DNA from: a bacterium
GTDB lineage: Bacteria > RBG-13-61-14 > DATKZS01
Direction of reading: 5' to 3'
NCBI GenBank assembly: GCA_046484135.1
Contig: JAWOBU010000068.1
Coordinates: 1 to 12,451 of the forward strand
DNA length: 12,451 nt
The position numbers and the translations under genes were made by a program. This document shows, one piece after another, positions 5,921 to 12,451 of this stretch. The notes beneath the pieces were generated by a model, which ran no database searches, was not told the origin of the DNA, and worked only from the letters and a program-made list of their open reading frames with translations. The stretch's first letter is position 1. Each line of letters starts with the position of its first letter.

Positions 5921-6856
5921 TCATTCCTCGCTTACACTCGGTACCAGCCATGCCTTGCCGTTGCCGGAAGCGATGGCCAGGTCCCAGAGGCCGTCGTGAT
6001 TAAAGTCGGCCACTGTGGGGTTGGCGTTCTTTTCCACGTACTGGCCGAGGTTGGTACAGGCGGTCTCGATGCCGTCGCAGGCAAAGATTTCTCCTGCGGC
6101 GTTGCCGATGATGAGCTCGAGCTCACCGTCTCCATCCAAATCTTTCAACACGGGAGCCGCACGCTCGCCCACGTCCACGCTCAGCTCGCCCCAGTAGGTG
6201 ACCCGGGGCCAATCAGAGGTCCCCACGTTTTCGTAAACGTATAGCCTGCCATCTCCTGCTCCCACAACCAGGTCCATGAGCTCATCGCCTACCACGTCGC
6301 CGGTGGCGGGCGCGGCGTAACCGCCGGGGACCATGATGGTCTGGCCGTCATTTACATCCTGGGCATAGGTCATGTGCAATTCAACAGGGTTATAGGAAAC
6401 CACATCGCCGTAGAAAACTTCCCCTGCGGCATTGCCTATTACCAACTCCCAGTTATTATCGTTATCATAATCACCTATAGCCGCGGCGGAGTTGCTTCCC
6501 GCGTCTATCAACTGGTCCGGGCACACGGGTGAATCCGAGGCGCCCCGTAATTCTATATAGTTGCCTGAAGAAGATATGCCGGTAAAGGAACTGTTGGTGG
6601 CTCCCCACAGCCAGCCGGTCTCTCCTCCAAAAACCAAGTCTTCGGTCTGGTTGCCATCCACGTCCTTGGCCACCATGGTTAAATCAGGCGGGCCAATGGT
6701 ATCTCCGTTAAGGGTGATCCTCTCTGCGTTGGCCGCGTCCCAAGTCCCCATTATCGTCTTGAGGTCCTGAAATGTCATGTCTCCTTTGCAGCCCGCCGCG
6801 ATCATACCGAAAACCATCATTACGCTTAAAAATATCAATGTTGCTTTCTGTCTCAT
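5921..6856 (-). CDS. Lipoprotein with FG-GAP/VCBS (integrin-alpha-like, Ca-binding) repeats
   Basis: Signal peptide with lipobox IAAG-C. Five repeats: DVDGNQTEDLVFG, DYDNDNNWELVIG, DVVGDELMDLVVG, DLDGDGELELIIG, DFNHDGLWDLAIA. SD GAAGGAG. Confidence 0.85.
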   Translation of the reverse strand: MRQKATLIFLSVMMVFGMIAAGCKGDMTFQDLKTIMGTWDAANAERITLNGDTIGPPDLTMVAKDVDGNQTEDLVFGGETGWLWGATNSSFTGISSSGNYIELRGASDSPVCPDQLIDAGSNSAAAIGDYDNDNNWELVIGNAAGEVFYGDVVSYNPVELHMTYAQDVNDGQTIMVPGGYAAPATGDVVGDELMDLVVGAGDGRLYVYENVGTSDWPRVTYWGELSVDVGERAAPVLKDLDGDGELELIIGNAAGEIFACDGIETACTNLGQYVEKNANPTVADFNHDGLWDLAIASGNGKAWLVPSVSEE

Positions 6857-6929
6857 TTCTTGTCTCCTTCTTCTGAGTTTTTGTTTGTTATTTTCTTGGT
6901 CAACTTTTCTTTTTATCCTTTAAACCTTC

Positions 6930-6953
6930 TTAAGAGGAATTGTTTTTTTCCAT
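6930..6953 (-). CDS. Putative 7-aa leader ORF (MEKNNSS)
   Basis: Consensus SD AAGGAGGTGAT, then AGAC, then ATG GAA AAA AAC AAT TCC TCT TAA. Confidence 0.3.
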   Translation of the reverse strand: MEKNNSS

Positions 6954-6958
6954 GTCTA

Positions 6959-7042
6959 TCACCTCCTTTTCGCGAAATCGGCTTGGCTTAGGTTTGGAGC
7001 AACGTAACCTCTAAAAACTTTATGACCCGGGTCGAATATCAA
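6959..7042 (-). CDS. Putative 27-aa small ORF (MIFDPGHKVFRGYVAPNLSQADFAKRR)
   Basis: SD AAGGAGGAG (7057-7049) 6 nt before a TTG start. Its TGA stop lies inside the SD of the next small ORF. Confidence 0.3.
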   Translation of the reverse strand: MIFDPGHKVFRGYVAPNLSQADFAKRR

Positions 7043-7126
7043 TCTGTGCTCCTCCTTCTTTGTTCCAGGCTTTCTTTGTTTTTTCCCCTTGCCCGAAAGC
7101 ACCGTTGAAACTTGCTTTTAATAGAT

Positions 7127-7142
7127 ATCAAAAGTCGTACCA
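7127..7142 (-). promoter_or_regulatory. Candidate sigma54 (-24/-12) promoter
   Basis: Minus strand TGGTACGACTTTTGAT versus consensus TGGCACG-N4-TTGCW (GG-N10-GA variant). An IHF-like TTTCAGAAAGTTA (7170-7182) and a perfect inverted repeat (7217-7232) lie upstream. Confidence 0.45.
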
Positions 7143-7478
7143 GCAGGAGAAAAATTTTTTCAGCTTTGTTTTCAGAAAGTTACAGAAAAAGCCCGGAGAA
7201 GTGCCCGGTCTGAATTCCGGGAATCTTCCCGGCAATGAGAAAAAGAGAGGATTCAGGGTAAGAAAACATCCGGAAAAAGGGGCTGAAGTAACGGCCGGAA
7301 AGAAAGGCCTTACAAATAACCCGCGGTTATGATAGAAAAATCCGCGGAGGACGCTCAGAGTCTTTCAAGAAAAGGGGCTTGGAACCACCGGCGCTTCCGC
7401 CTGCTAAAAAGGCGCAGCATGACTTTGAGGCAGCGGAAGACCCGGCTTATAACACATTGAAAATTAACATCAATCCTC

Positions 7479-7500
7479 TTTTTCCCGCCGGCGGGAAAAA
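7479..7500. repeat. Perfect 22-bp intergenic palindrome
   Basis: TTTTTCCCGCC|GGCGGGAAAAA. A related inverted repeat, TTCTCCC-N7-GGGAGAA, is at ~7599-7619. Confidence 0.7.
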
Positions 7501-7653
7501 CAGAGAACCAGAGAAGGGCCACCTTTTTTTGCACAGACAAAGTCCTAGGTTTGGCGGGAAAGAATCAGCAGCATGATATGAATGTAAAGCTCTGAGTCTT
7601 CTCCCCGGCGGCGGGAGAAAGTTTTCATGTTTTCGGGGAGGCCGGCTTCCCGG

Positions 7654-8151
7654 TCATTTACTGTCGTTTTCCGGTGAGTTCTTTTCTTTTTCCGACTTGT
7701 TTTCTGGTTTTTCTTTCGGAGGGGGCGGCATGGTTTGAGGTTCGGTTTCGTCTTTTTTCTCGATGGCGATGGCGAGTCTTGATATGCCCGTTGCCTGGGC
7801 CATGTCCATGACCGCGACCACGCTTCCGTGGGGGGTGTACTTGTCCGCCTGGATGATGACCAGGAGGTCCTCGCCGGAGTCGGCAAGAGACTGGAAGCGC
7901 CGGCGGAGCTTCCGGTCGCTCACCTGTTCTCCTTCCACGTAGGTCTTGCTTTGTTTGTCCACCACCACGTTGAGCTTTTTCGTCTTTTCGATGGGCCGCT
8001 CTGCTGATGCCTGGGGCAGGTTCACGTCTATTCCCGCGGAGGGCGCGAAAGTCGTGGTCACGGTAAAGAAGATGATAAGCAGAAACAGGATATCCACCAG
8101 CGAGGTCATCTCCAGCCGGGGGTCTTCTCTTTGCCTTCTTCTGAAGATCAT
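7654..8151 (-). CDS. exbD: ExbD/TolR-family biopolymer transport protein
   Basis: LEMTSLVDILFLLIIFFTVTTTF (transmembrane helix with conserved Asp), IDVNLPQA and VIIQADKYTPHGSVVAVMDMAQATGISRLAI. ATGA overlap with the upstream exbB-like gene. Confidence 0.93.
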   Translation of the reverse strand: MIFRRRQREDPRLEMTSLVDILFLLIIFFTVTTTFAPSAGIDVNLPQASAERPIEKTKKLNVVVDKQSKTYVEGEQVSDRKLRRRFQSLADSGEDLLVIIQADKYTPHGSVVAVMDMAQATGISRLAIAIEKKDETEPQTMPPPPKEKPENKSEKEKNSPENDSK

Positions 8152-8891
8152 GGTGTGGGTCCGCTTTCGTTCTCCCGGCCGGATTTCAAATTATCTCCAA
8201 TGTCTTGTTGCTCTTCCTCCGAAGCGCCTGTCCGGCCCGACCGGAAAAGATGCCGGAGCACGTCCACCGCGGTGTCCTCCATCTCCCGGACCTTTTTGTC
8301 GGCAAGACCGGCAAAGCCCCGGTAGACAAGATAGGTGGGGATGGCCACGGACAGGCCCGCGGCAGTAGTGTAAAGCGCCTTGTAGATGCCGCCCGCCAGG
8401 TGCTCGTACTGGCCGATATGCTCCTGCGATATCTCCTGGAAAACGTCTATCATGCCGAGCACCGTGCCCAAAAGGCCAAGAAGCGGGCTCACGCCGGCAA
8501 TGGCCGCAAGGATGCCCAGGTAACGCTCCAGCTCGCGGCTCTCCCGGCGGCCTTCCTCCTCCATGGCCTCACGGATTTCGGCACGAGGAGCGCCCGGCAT
8601 GGAAAGGCCCCGGTAAATAACACGCGAGATCATGGAGTTGTTCTTGCGGCAGGCAACCACCGCCTCTTCCACCTCGCCTTTCTCCAGAAGCGAGGACACC
8701 GTGTTAACCAGCGGCCTGGAAATGATCCGGTTCGACCGGACCAGGAGGACCCAAACTCTTTCCAGGAAGATGGCGAGCGCCACCATGGAAAGACCGATGA
8801 TGGGGAGCATGACCCAGCCGCCCTTCTCCACCAGCGGAAACAGCGAGTAAATCCAGTTATAGAAGACTTCCATAAAGAAAGATTCTAGCAT
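8148..8891 (-). CDS. exbB: MotA/TolQ/ExbB proton channel family protein (start may be ATG 8873)
   Basis: GGWVMLPIIGLS, LAAIAGVSPLLGLLGTVLGMIDVF and LAGGIYKALYTTAAGLSVAIP. Confidence 0.92.
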   Translation of the reverse strand: MLESFFMEVFYNWIYSLFPLVEKGGWVMLPIIGLSMVALAIFLERVWVLLVRSNRIISRPLVNTVSSLLEKGEVEEAVVACRKNNSMISRVIYRGLSMPGAPRAEIREAMEEEGRRESRELERYLGILAAIAGVSPLLGLLGTVLGMIDVFQEISQEHIGQYEHLAGGIYKALYTTAAGLSVAIPTYLVYRGFAGLADKKVREMEDTAVDVLRHLFRSGRTGASEEEQQDIGDNLKSGRENESGPTP

Positions 8892-9004
8892 GGTTTCCGC
8901 GGTTTTTACAACAAGATTTAAGGGGCACCGGTGGTCGCGATTCTTGCCGGGTTTGTCTTTCCACCGGCTATCAGTGGAGTATTCAGCTTACCGTTAAAAA
9001 CGCC

Positions 9005-9051
9005 TTGACAATCGCGCCTCCCCCGTGTTATTTCAATAACGGTTGTTATTG
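9005..9051 (+). promoter_or_regulatory. sigma70-like promoter with overlapping palindromic operator (probable TetR autoregulatory site)
   Basis: TTGACA at 9005-9010 and TGtTATTTC at 9026-9034. Perfect inverted repeat CAATAAC-GGTT-GTTATTG (9034-9051) overlaps a second one, GTTATT-TC-AATAAC (9027-9040). Confidence 0.6.
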
Positions 9052-9079
9052 GCAGTAACAATGGAAGGAGCAGTTTATA

Positions 9080-9787
9080 GTGCCGAAAAGTAAAGCCAGA
9101 GAGGTAAAGTCGAACCGGTCGTCGCACCGGAACCGGCGGGGCAAAGCGGAGACGCGGGAGGAGCTCATATCCGCGGCCATGGAGCTCTTCGCCCGGAAGG
9201 GATACCGGGGGACCTCGGTACGCGACATGGCGTCCCGGGCGGGGGTCACCACCGGGGCCTTTTACAGCAACTTCCGGAGCAAGCGCGACATCTACATAGC
9301 CATCATCAACAAGATCGCGTCCACCCTGGAGAAGATAGTGGACGAGATCGCCCGGGAGAACGTCGAGCTGTTGAAGAAGAAGGGGGTCCACGCCGAGTAC
9401 GAGCTGTTCCGGGGGCCCATCATCCGACTTCTGGAGGAGGGCCGCCGTCACAACGCGCTGTTGCACATCATCCGGCGGGAGACCCTGGGCCGGGACCCCG
9501 AGTTCCAGAAGGAGTTCGACCGCATCTTCGAGAAGTTCGTGGACGTAACCCGCCGGGCGTTGGACATGTACATCGAGGCCGGGCTGGCCAAGTCCTATGA
9601 CACCAGCCTGGTGGCACGCAGTATCGTGCCCATGTTCGTCTCCCTGAGTCTGTACGACGTGCGGACCAAGGGCAAGTACCGGCAGGACATAGTCAGCCTG
9701 GTGGCATCTTTTATGTACGGCGGCGCCAGCAAGTGGGTCTCCTGGCGCAAGCTCGAGTACGAGCTGTATCAGGGCGCCGAGAGCTGA
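9080..9787 (+). CDS. TetR/AcrR-family transcriptional regulator
   Basis: ETREELISAAMELFARKGYRGTSVRDMASRAGVTTGAFYSNFRSKRDI is a TetR HTH. SD GAAGGAG precedes the GTG start. Confidence 0.95.
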   Translation: MPKSKAREVKSNRSSHRNRRGKAETREELISAAMELFARKGYRGTSVRDMASRAGVTTGAFYSNFRSKRDIYIAIINKIASTLEKIVDEIARENVELLKKKGVHAEYELFRGPIIRLLEEGRRHNALLHIIRRETLGRDPEFQKEFDRIFEKFVDVTRRALDMYIEAGLAKSYDTSLVARSIVPMFVSLSLYDVRTKGKYRQDIVSLVASFMYGGASKWVSWRKLEYELYQGAES

Positions 9788-9969
9788 AAACCCTCATCTC
9801 GGGCGGGCGAGTTCAGTCGCGATCAGATTAAAAAAGTGCGAGCGACTTTAGTCGCGACAGGATCCAATTGCACGAGTAATATTCACACTAAGATCGCCGG
9901 AAAGCACTTAATGGAACTAACGAATATCTTGACGACCGGCCCGCTCCGGCCGGGAAAGGAGAACAAGAG

Positions 9970-11445
9970 ATGGCAGGGATCGTATCGTACGGGGCGTATC
10001 TTCCCCGCCTGCGCTTGAACCGGATGGCCATTTTCAACACTGTCGGCTTCCTGGCTCCGGCGCTTATGACCGCGGCCAAAGGAGAGCGCACCATGTGCAA
10101 CTGGGACGAGGACGCCATGACCATGGCGGTGGCCTCAAGCCGCGACTGCCTTACCGGCATGGACAAGTCCAAGATCGAGGGGGTCTACCTGGCATCCACC
10201 AGCGTGCCTTTTGCCGATCGGTCCAATGCAGGCGTCCTGGCCACCGCGCTGAACCTGGATGAAAAGGTTACCTGCGCGGACTTCTCCTCCGCCCAGAAAG
10301 CGGGGACCTCAGCACTGGTGGCGGCACTCAAGGCGGCGCAGGGAACAAAGAGCAAGAACTTCCTGGTGACCGCGTCGGACCAGCGCCGCACCAAGGCGGC
10401 CTGGTTCCACGAGATGTGGTTCGGCGACGGCGCCGGCTCGCTGCTTCTGGGCTGTGACAACGTGATCGCCGAGTTTATAGGTTCGAACTCGGTCAGCTAC
10501 GACTTTGTGGACCATTACCGGGGCAGGGACGAGAAGTACGATTACAACTGGGAAGAGCGCTGGATCCGGGACGAGGGCTATATGAAAATTTACGCCGAGT
10601 CCATCGGCGGGCTCCTCGAGAAGACGGGCACGAAAATAAACGAGGTAGCAAAGCTCTGTTACCCGTGCTTTATGGGCCGCGCCCACGGCGGTGTGGCCAA
10701 GAAGCTGGGGGCGTCCCCCGAGCAGGTGGCGTCCAACATGCACGCGGAGGCCGGCGAGTGCGGGGTCGCCCATCCCTTCATCCTTTTCGTGCGCGAGCTC
10801 GAACAGGCCAATCCCGGCGACAAGATCGTGGTGGCCGGCTTCGGCCAGGGATCGGACGCGCTGCTGTTCCAGGTTACCGACAAAATAAAAGAGCTGCCGT
10901 CCCGCATGGGCGTCTCCGGAAGCCTCGCCCGCCGCAAGGAGGAGCAGAACTACGCCAAGTTCCTGAAGTTCAACGAGCTCATTGAAACCGAGATGGGCAT
11001 CCGGGCGGAGTCGCCCAAACAGACCGCGCTCTCCGCGTTGTGGAGAAAGCGAAACCTCATACTCGGGTTCGTGGGAGGAAAATGCACCAAGTGCGGAACC
11101 CCCCAGATACCCTCGGAAAGGGTGTGCGTGAACCCAGACTGCGGAGCGGTGGACAGCCAGGAGGAATACGAGTTCGCGGACCAGCCCGCAACCATACTCA
11201 CCTATACCGGGGATATGCTGGCGGTGTCGGTGGACCCGCCCGCCATCTACGGCCTGGTCCAGTTCACGAACGGCGGCAGGATGATGATGGACTTCACTGA
11301 CTGCTCGCTCGCGGACGTCGAGGTGGGCGTGCCGGTAAAGATGCAGTTCCGGCGGAAGTACTATGACGCTCAGCGTGGTTTCACCGGCTATTTCTGGAAG
11401 GCCGCTCCGGAGTTTTCCCCGGAGTCGGGCGGACAAGGAGGCTGA
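9970..11445 (+). CDS. HMG-CoA synthase/KAS III-like domain fused to a C-terminal DUF35 (Zn ribbon + OB fold); catalytic Cys apparently absent
   Basis: GIVSYGAYLPRLRL, ERTMCNWDEDAMTMAVAS and FGDGAGSLLLG. C-terminal CTKC...CVNPDC zinc ribbon, then OB fold (ATILTYT...GLVQFTNGGR...VGVPVKMQFRR...YFWKA). SD AAGGAG. Confidence 0.9.
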   Translation: MAGIVSYGAYLPRLRLNRMAIFNTVGFLAPALMTAAKGERTMCNWDEDAMTMAVASSRDCLTGMDKSKIEGVYLASTSVPFADRSNAGVLATALNLDEKVTCADFSSAQKAGTSALVAALKAAQGTKSKNFLVTASDQRRTKAAWFHEMWFGDGAGSLLLGCDNVIAEFIGSNSVSYDFVDHYRGRDEKYDYNWEERWIRDEGYMKIYAESIGGLLEKTGTKINEVAKLCYPCFMGRAHGGVAKKLGASPEQVASNMHAEAGECGVAHPFILFVRELEQANPGDKIVVAGFGQGSDALLFQVTDKIKELPSRMGVSGSLARRKEEQNYAKFLKFNELIETEMGIRAESPKQTALSALWRKRNLILGFVGGKCTKCGTPQIPSERVCVNPDCGAVDSQEEYEFADQPATILTYTGDMLAVSVDPPAIYGLVQFTNGGRMMMDFTDCSLADVEVGVPVKMQFRRKYYDAQRGFTGYFWKAAPEFSPESGGQGG

Positions 11446-11448
11446 ATC

Positions 11449-12315
11449 ATGGCGACAGGGATAAAAGACAAGGTTGCGATTCTGGGGATGGGCTGCTCGA
11501 AGTTCGGGGAGCGCTGGGACATGTCCGCCGAAGACCTGATGGTCGAGGCTTTTATCGAATGTCTCGAGGACGCGGGTGTGGAAAAGAACGCGCTCCAGGC
11601 GGCCTGGCTCGGGTCCGCCCTTGCCCAGGTAAACGTGGGGCTGTCCGCGCTGCCGCTGTCCATGACCCTGCGGCTTCCCAACATACCGGTAACGCGGGTC
11701 GAAAACTTCTGCGCCACCGGCACCGAGGCCTTCCGCGGCGCCTGCTATGCGGTGGCCTCAGGAGCGTATGACATGTGCCTGGCTTTAGGTGTCGAGAAGC
11801 TAAAGGACACCGGCTACGGCGGATTGCCCGAGCAGGGCGCGAACGCCGGACCCAACCGGTTCCTCCAGATGCCGAACATTACCGCGCCCGGGAGTTTCGC
11901 CCAGCTCGCCTCCGCCTACCGCGCCAGGCACAACATCAACCGCGACGACCTCAAAGACGCGCTCGCCCACGTGTCAGCCAAAAGCCACAAGAACGGGACG
12001 TTAAACCCCAAGGCCCACCTCCGGCGCGAGATCAGCGTGGACCAGGTCAAGGCCGCGCCCATTGTGGCGGACCCGCTCGGGCTCTACGACTGCTGCGGCG
12101 TGTCGGACGGCGCCGCCTGCGCCATCGTTACCACGCCCGAGATAGCCCGCGACATGGGCAAGAAGAACCTGGTGTCGGTAAAGGGACTTCAGCTCGCCCT
12201 GTCCAACGGGTACGAGTCCACCTTTAACGAGTGGCAGGGAGACCACTTCGTAACCACTGACAAGTGCTCGACCCGGGCCTATGAAGAAGCCGGGATCGAA
12301 AACCCCCGCGAGGAA
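11449..12315 (+). CDS. SCP2-type/archaeal-like thiolase (acetyl-CoA acetyltransferase family), 3'-truncated at a junction
   Basis: [24 protein letters not shown] (catalytic Cys), [13 protein letters not shown] and [15 protein letters not shown]. Thiolase-like sequence ends at [10 protein letters not shown], just before the expected EVHDCF motif. The frame then runs through unrelated residues to a stop at 12381. Confidence 0.88.
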
Positions 12316-12451
12316 CCTTGCATTTGTCGCTGGTGCCCTTGGAGTTGGGATCGGCTTTGGCCTCCAGAATATTGTCAATAATTTTGTGAGCGGGATCATT
12401 CTTCTCTTTGATAACTCTATACAGGTAGGTGATATGGTTCAGATCGGTGAG
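12314..12451 (+). other. Internal fragment of an MscS-family mechanosensitive channel gene (no start; runs off the window)
   Basis: The frame from 12314 reads [46 protein letters not shown], the MscS/MscK TM3 signature. It is not in the ORF track. Confidence 0.9.

Noticed and set aside
7430..7452. ACCCGGCTTAT resembles the RNase P RNA 3' P4 strand
   Set aside because: There is no upstream GAGGAAAGTCC partner and no RNase P-like structure.
7060..7576. ORFs 7060-7332, 7355-7540 and 7379-7576
   Set aside because: Low-complexity K/F-rich translations of A/T-run intergenic DNA that overlap regulatory motifs, with no family resemblance.
9842..9894. Inverted repeat GCGACT-TT-AGTCGC and TTGCAC-15-TAAGAT upstream of the gene at 9970
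   Set aside because: The promoter spacing is too short, and the 6-bp repeat does not resemble the tetR operator. Too weak to call.
524..12399. Long antisense or alternate-frame ORFs (e.g. 1991-2722, 2820-3554, 8205-8888, 8918-9466, 10309-11436, 12001-12399)
   Set aside because: Shadow ORFs expected opposite high-GC3 genes. Each overlaps a well-supported CDS and has no motifs of its own.

Overview
A GC-rich bacterial window, probably from an anaerobe with a delta-proteobacterial-like gene complement (inference only). In order: (1) a + strand nitrogen-oxide redox cluster, with a 5'-truncated hybrid-cluster protein (hcp), a NapC/NirT/NrfH-family tetraheme quinol dehydrogenase and a translationally coupled octaheme HAO-family cytochrome c, followed by a tandem-USP protein with a TPR-like tail; (2) a ~620-bp gene-free interval packed with hairpins, including a 29-nt palindromic element nested inside copies of itself; (3) on the - strand, a HIT-family hydrolase, an FG-GAP/VCBS-repeat lipoprotein with a long leader (candidate sigma54 promoter, two small ORFs with strong SD sites) and an ExbB/ExbD-type pair with no adjacent TonB; (4) on the + strand, a TetR regulator, an HMG-CoA-synthase-like/DUF35 fusion lacking the catalytic Cys, and an SCP2-type thiolase. 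The thiolase breaks at ~12315 and joins, out of frame, a lower-GC internal fragment of an MscS-family channel gene, probably a chimeric contig end. The strongest leads are the co-located Hcp/NapC/HAO module (a reverse-HURM-like set) with apparent non-canonical heme ligands, and the nested 29-nt element within a candidate structured RNA. No database searches or folding programs were run; all calls come from reading motifs by eye.
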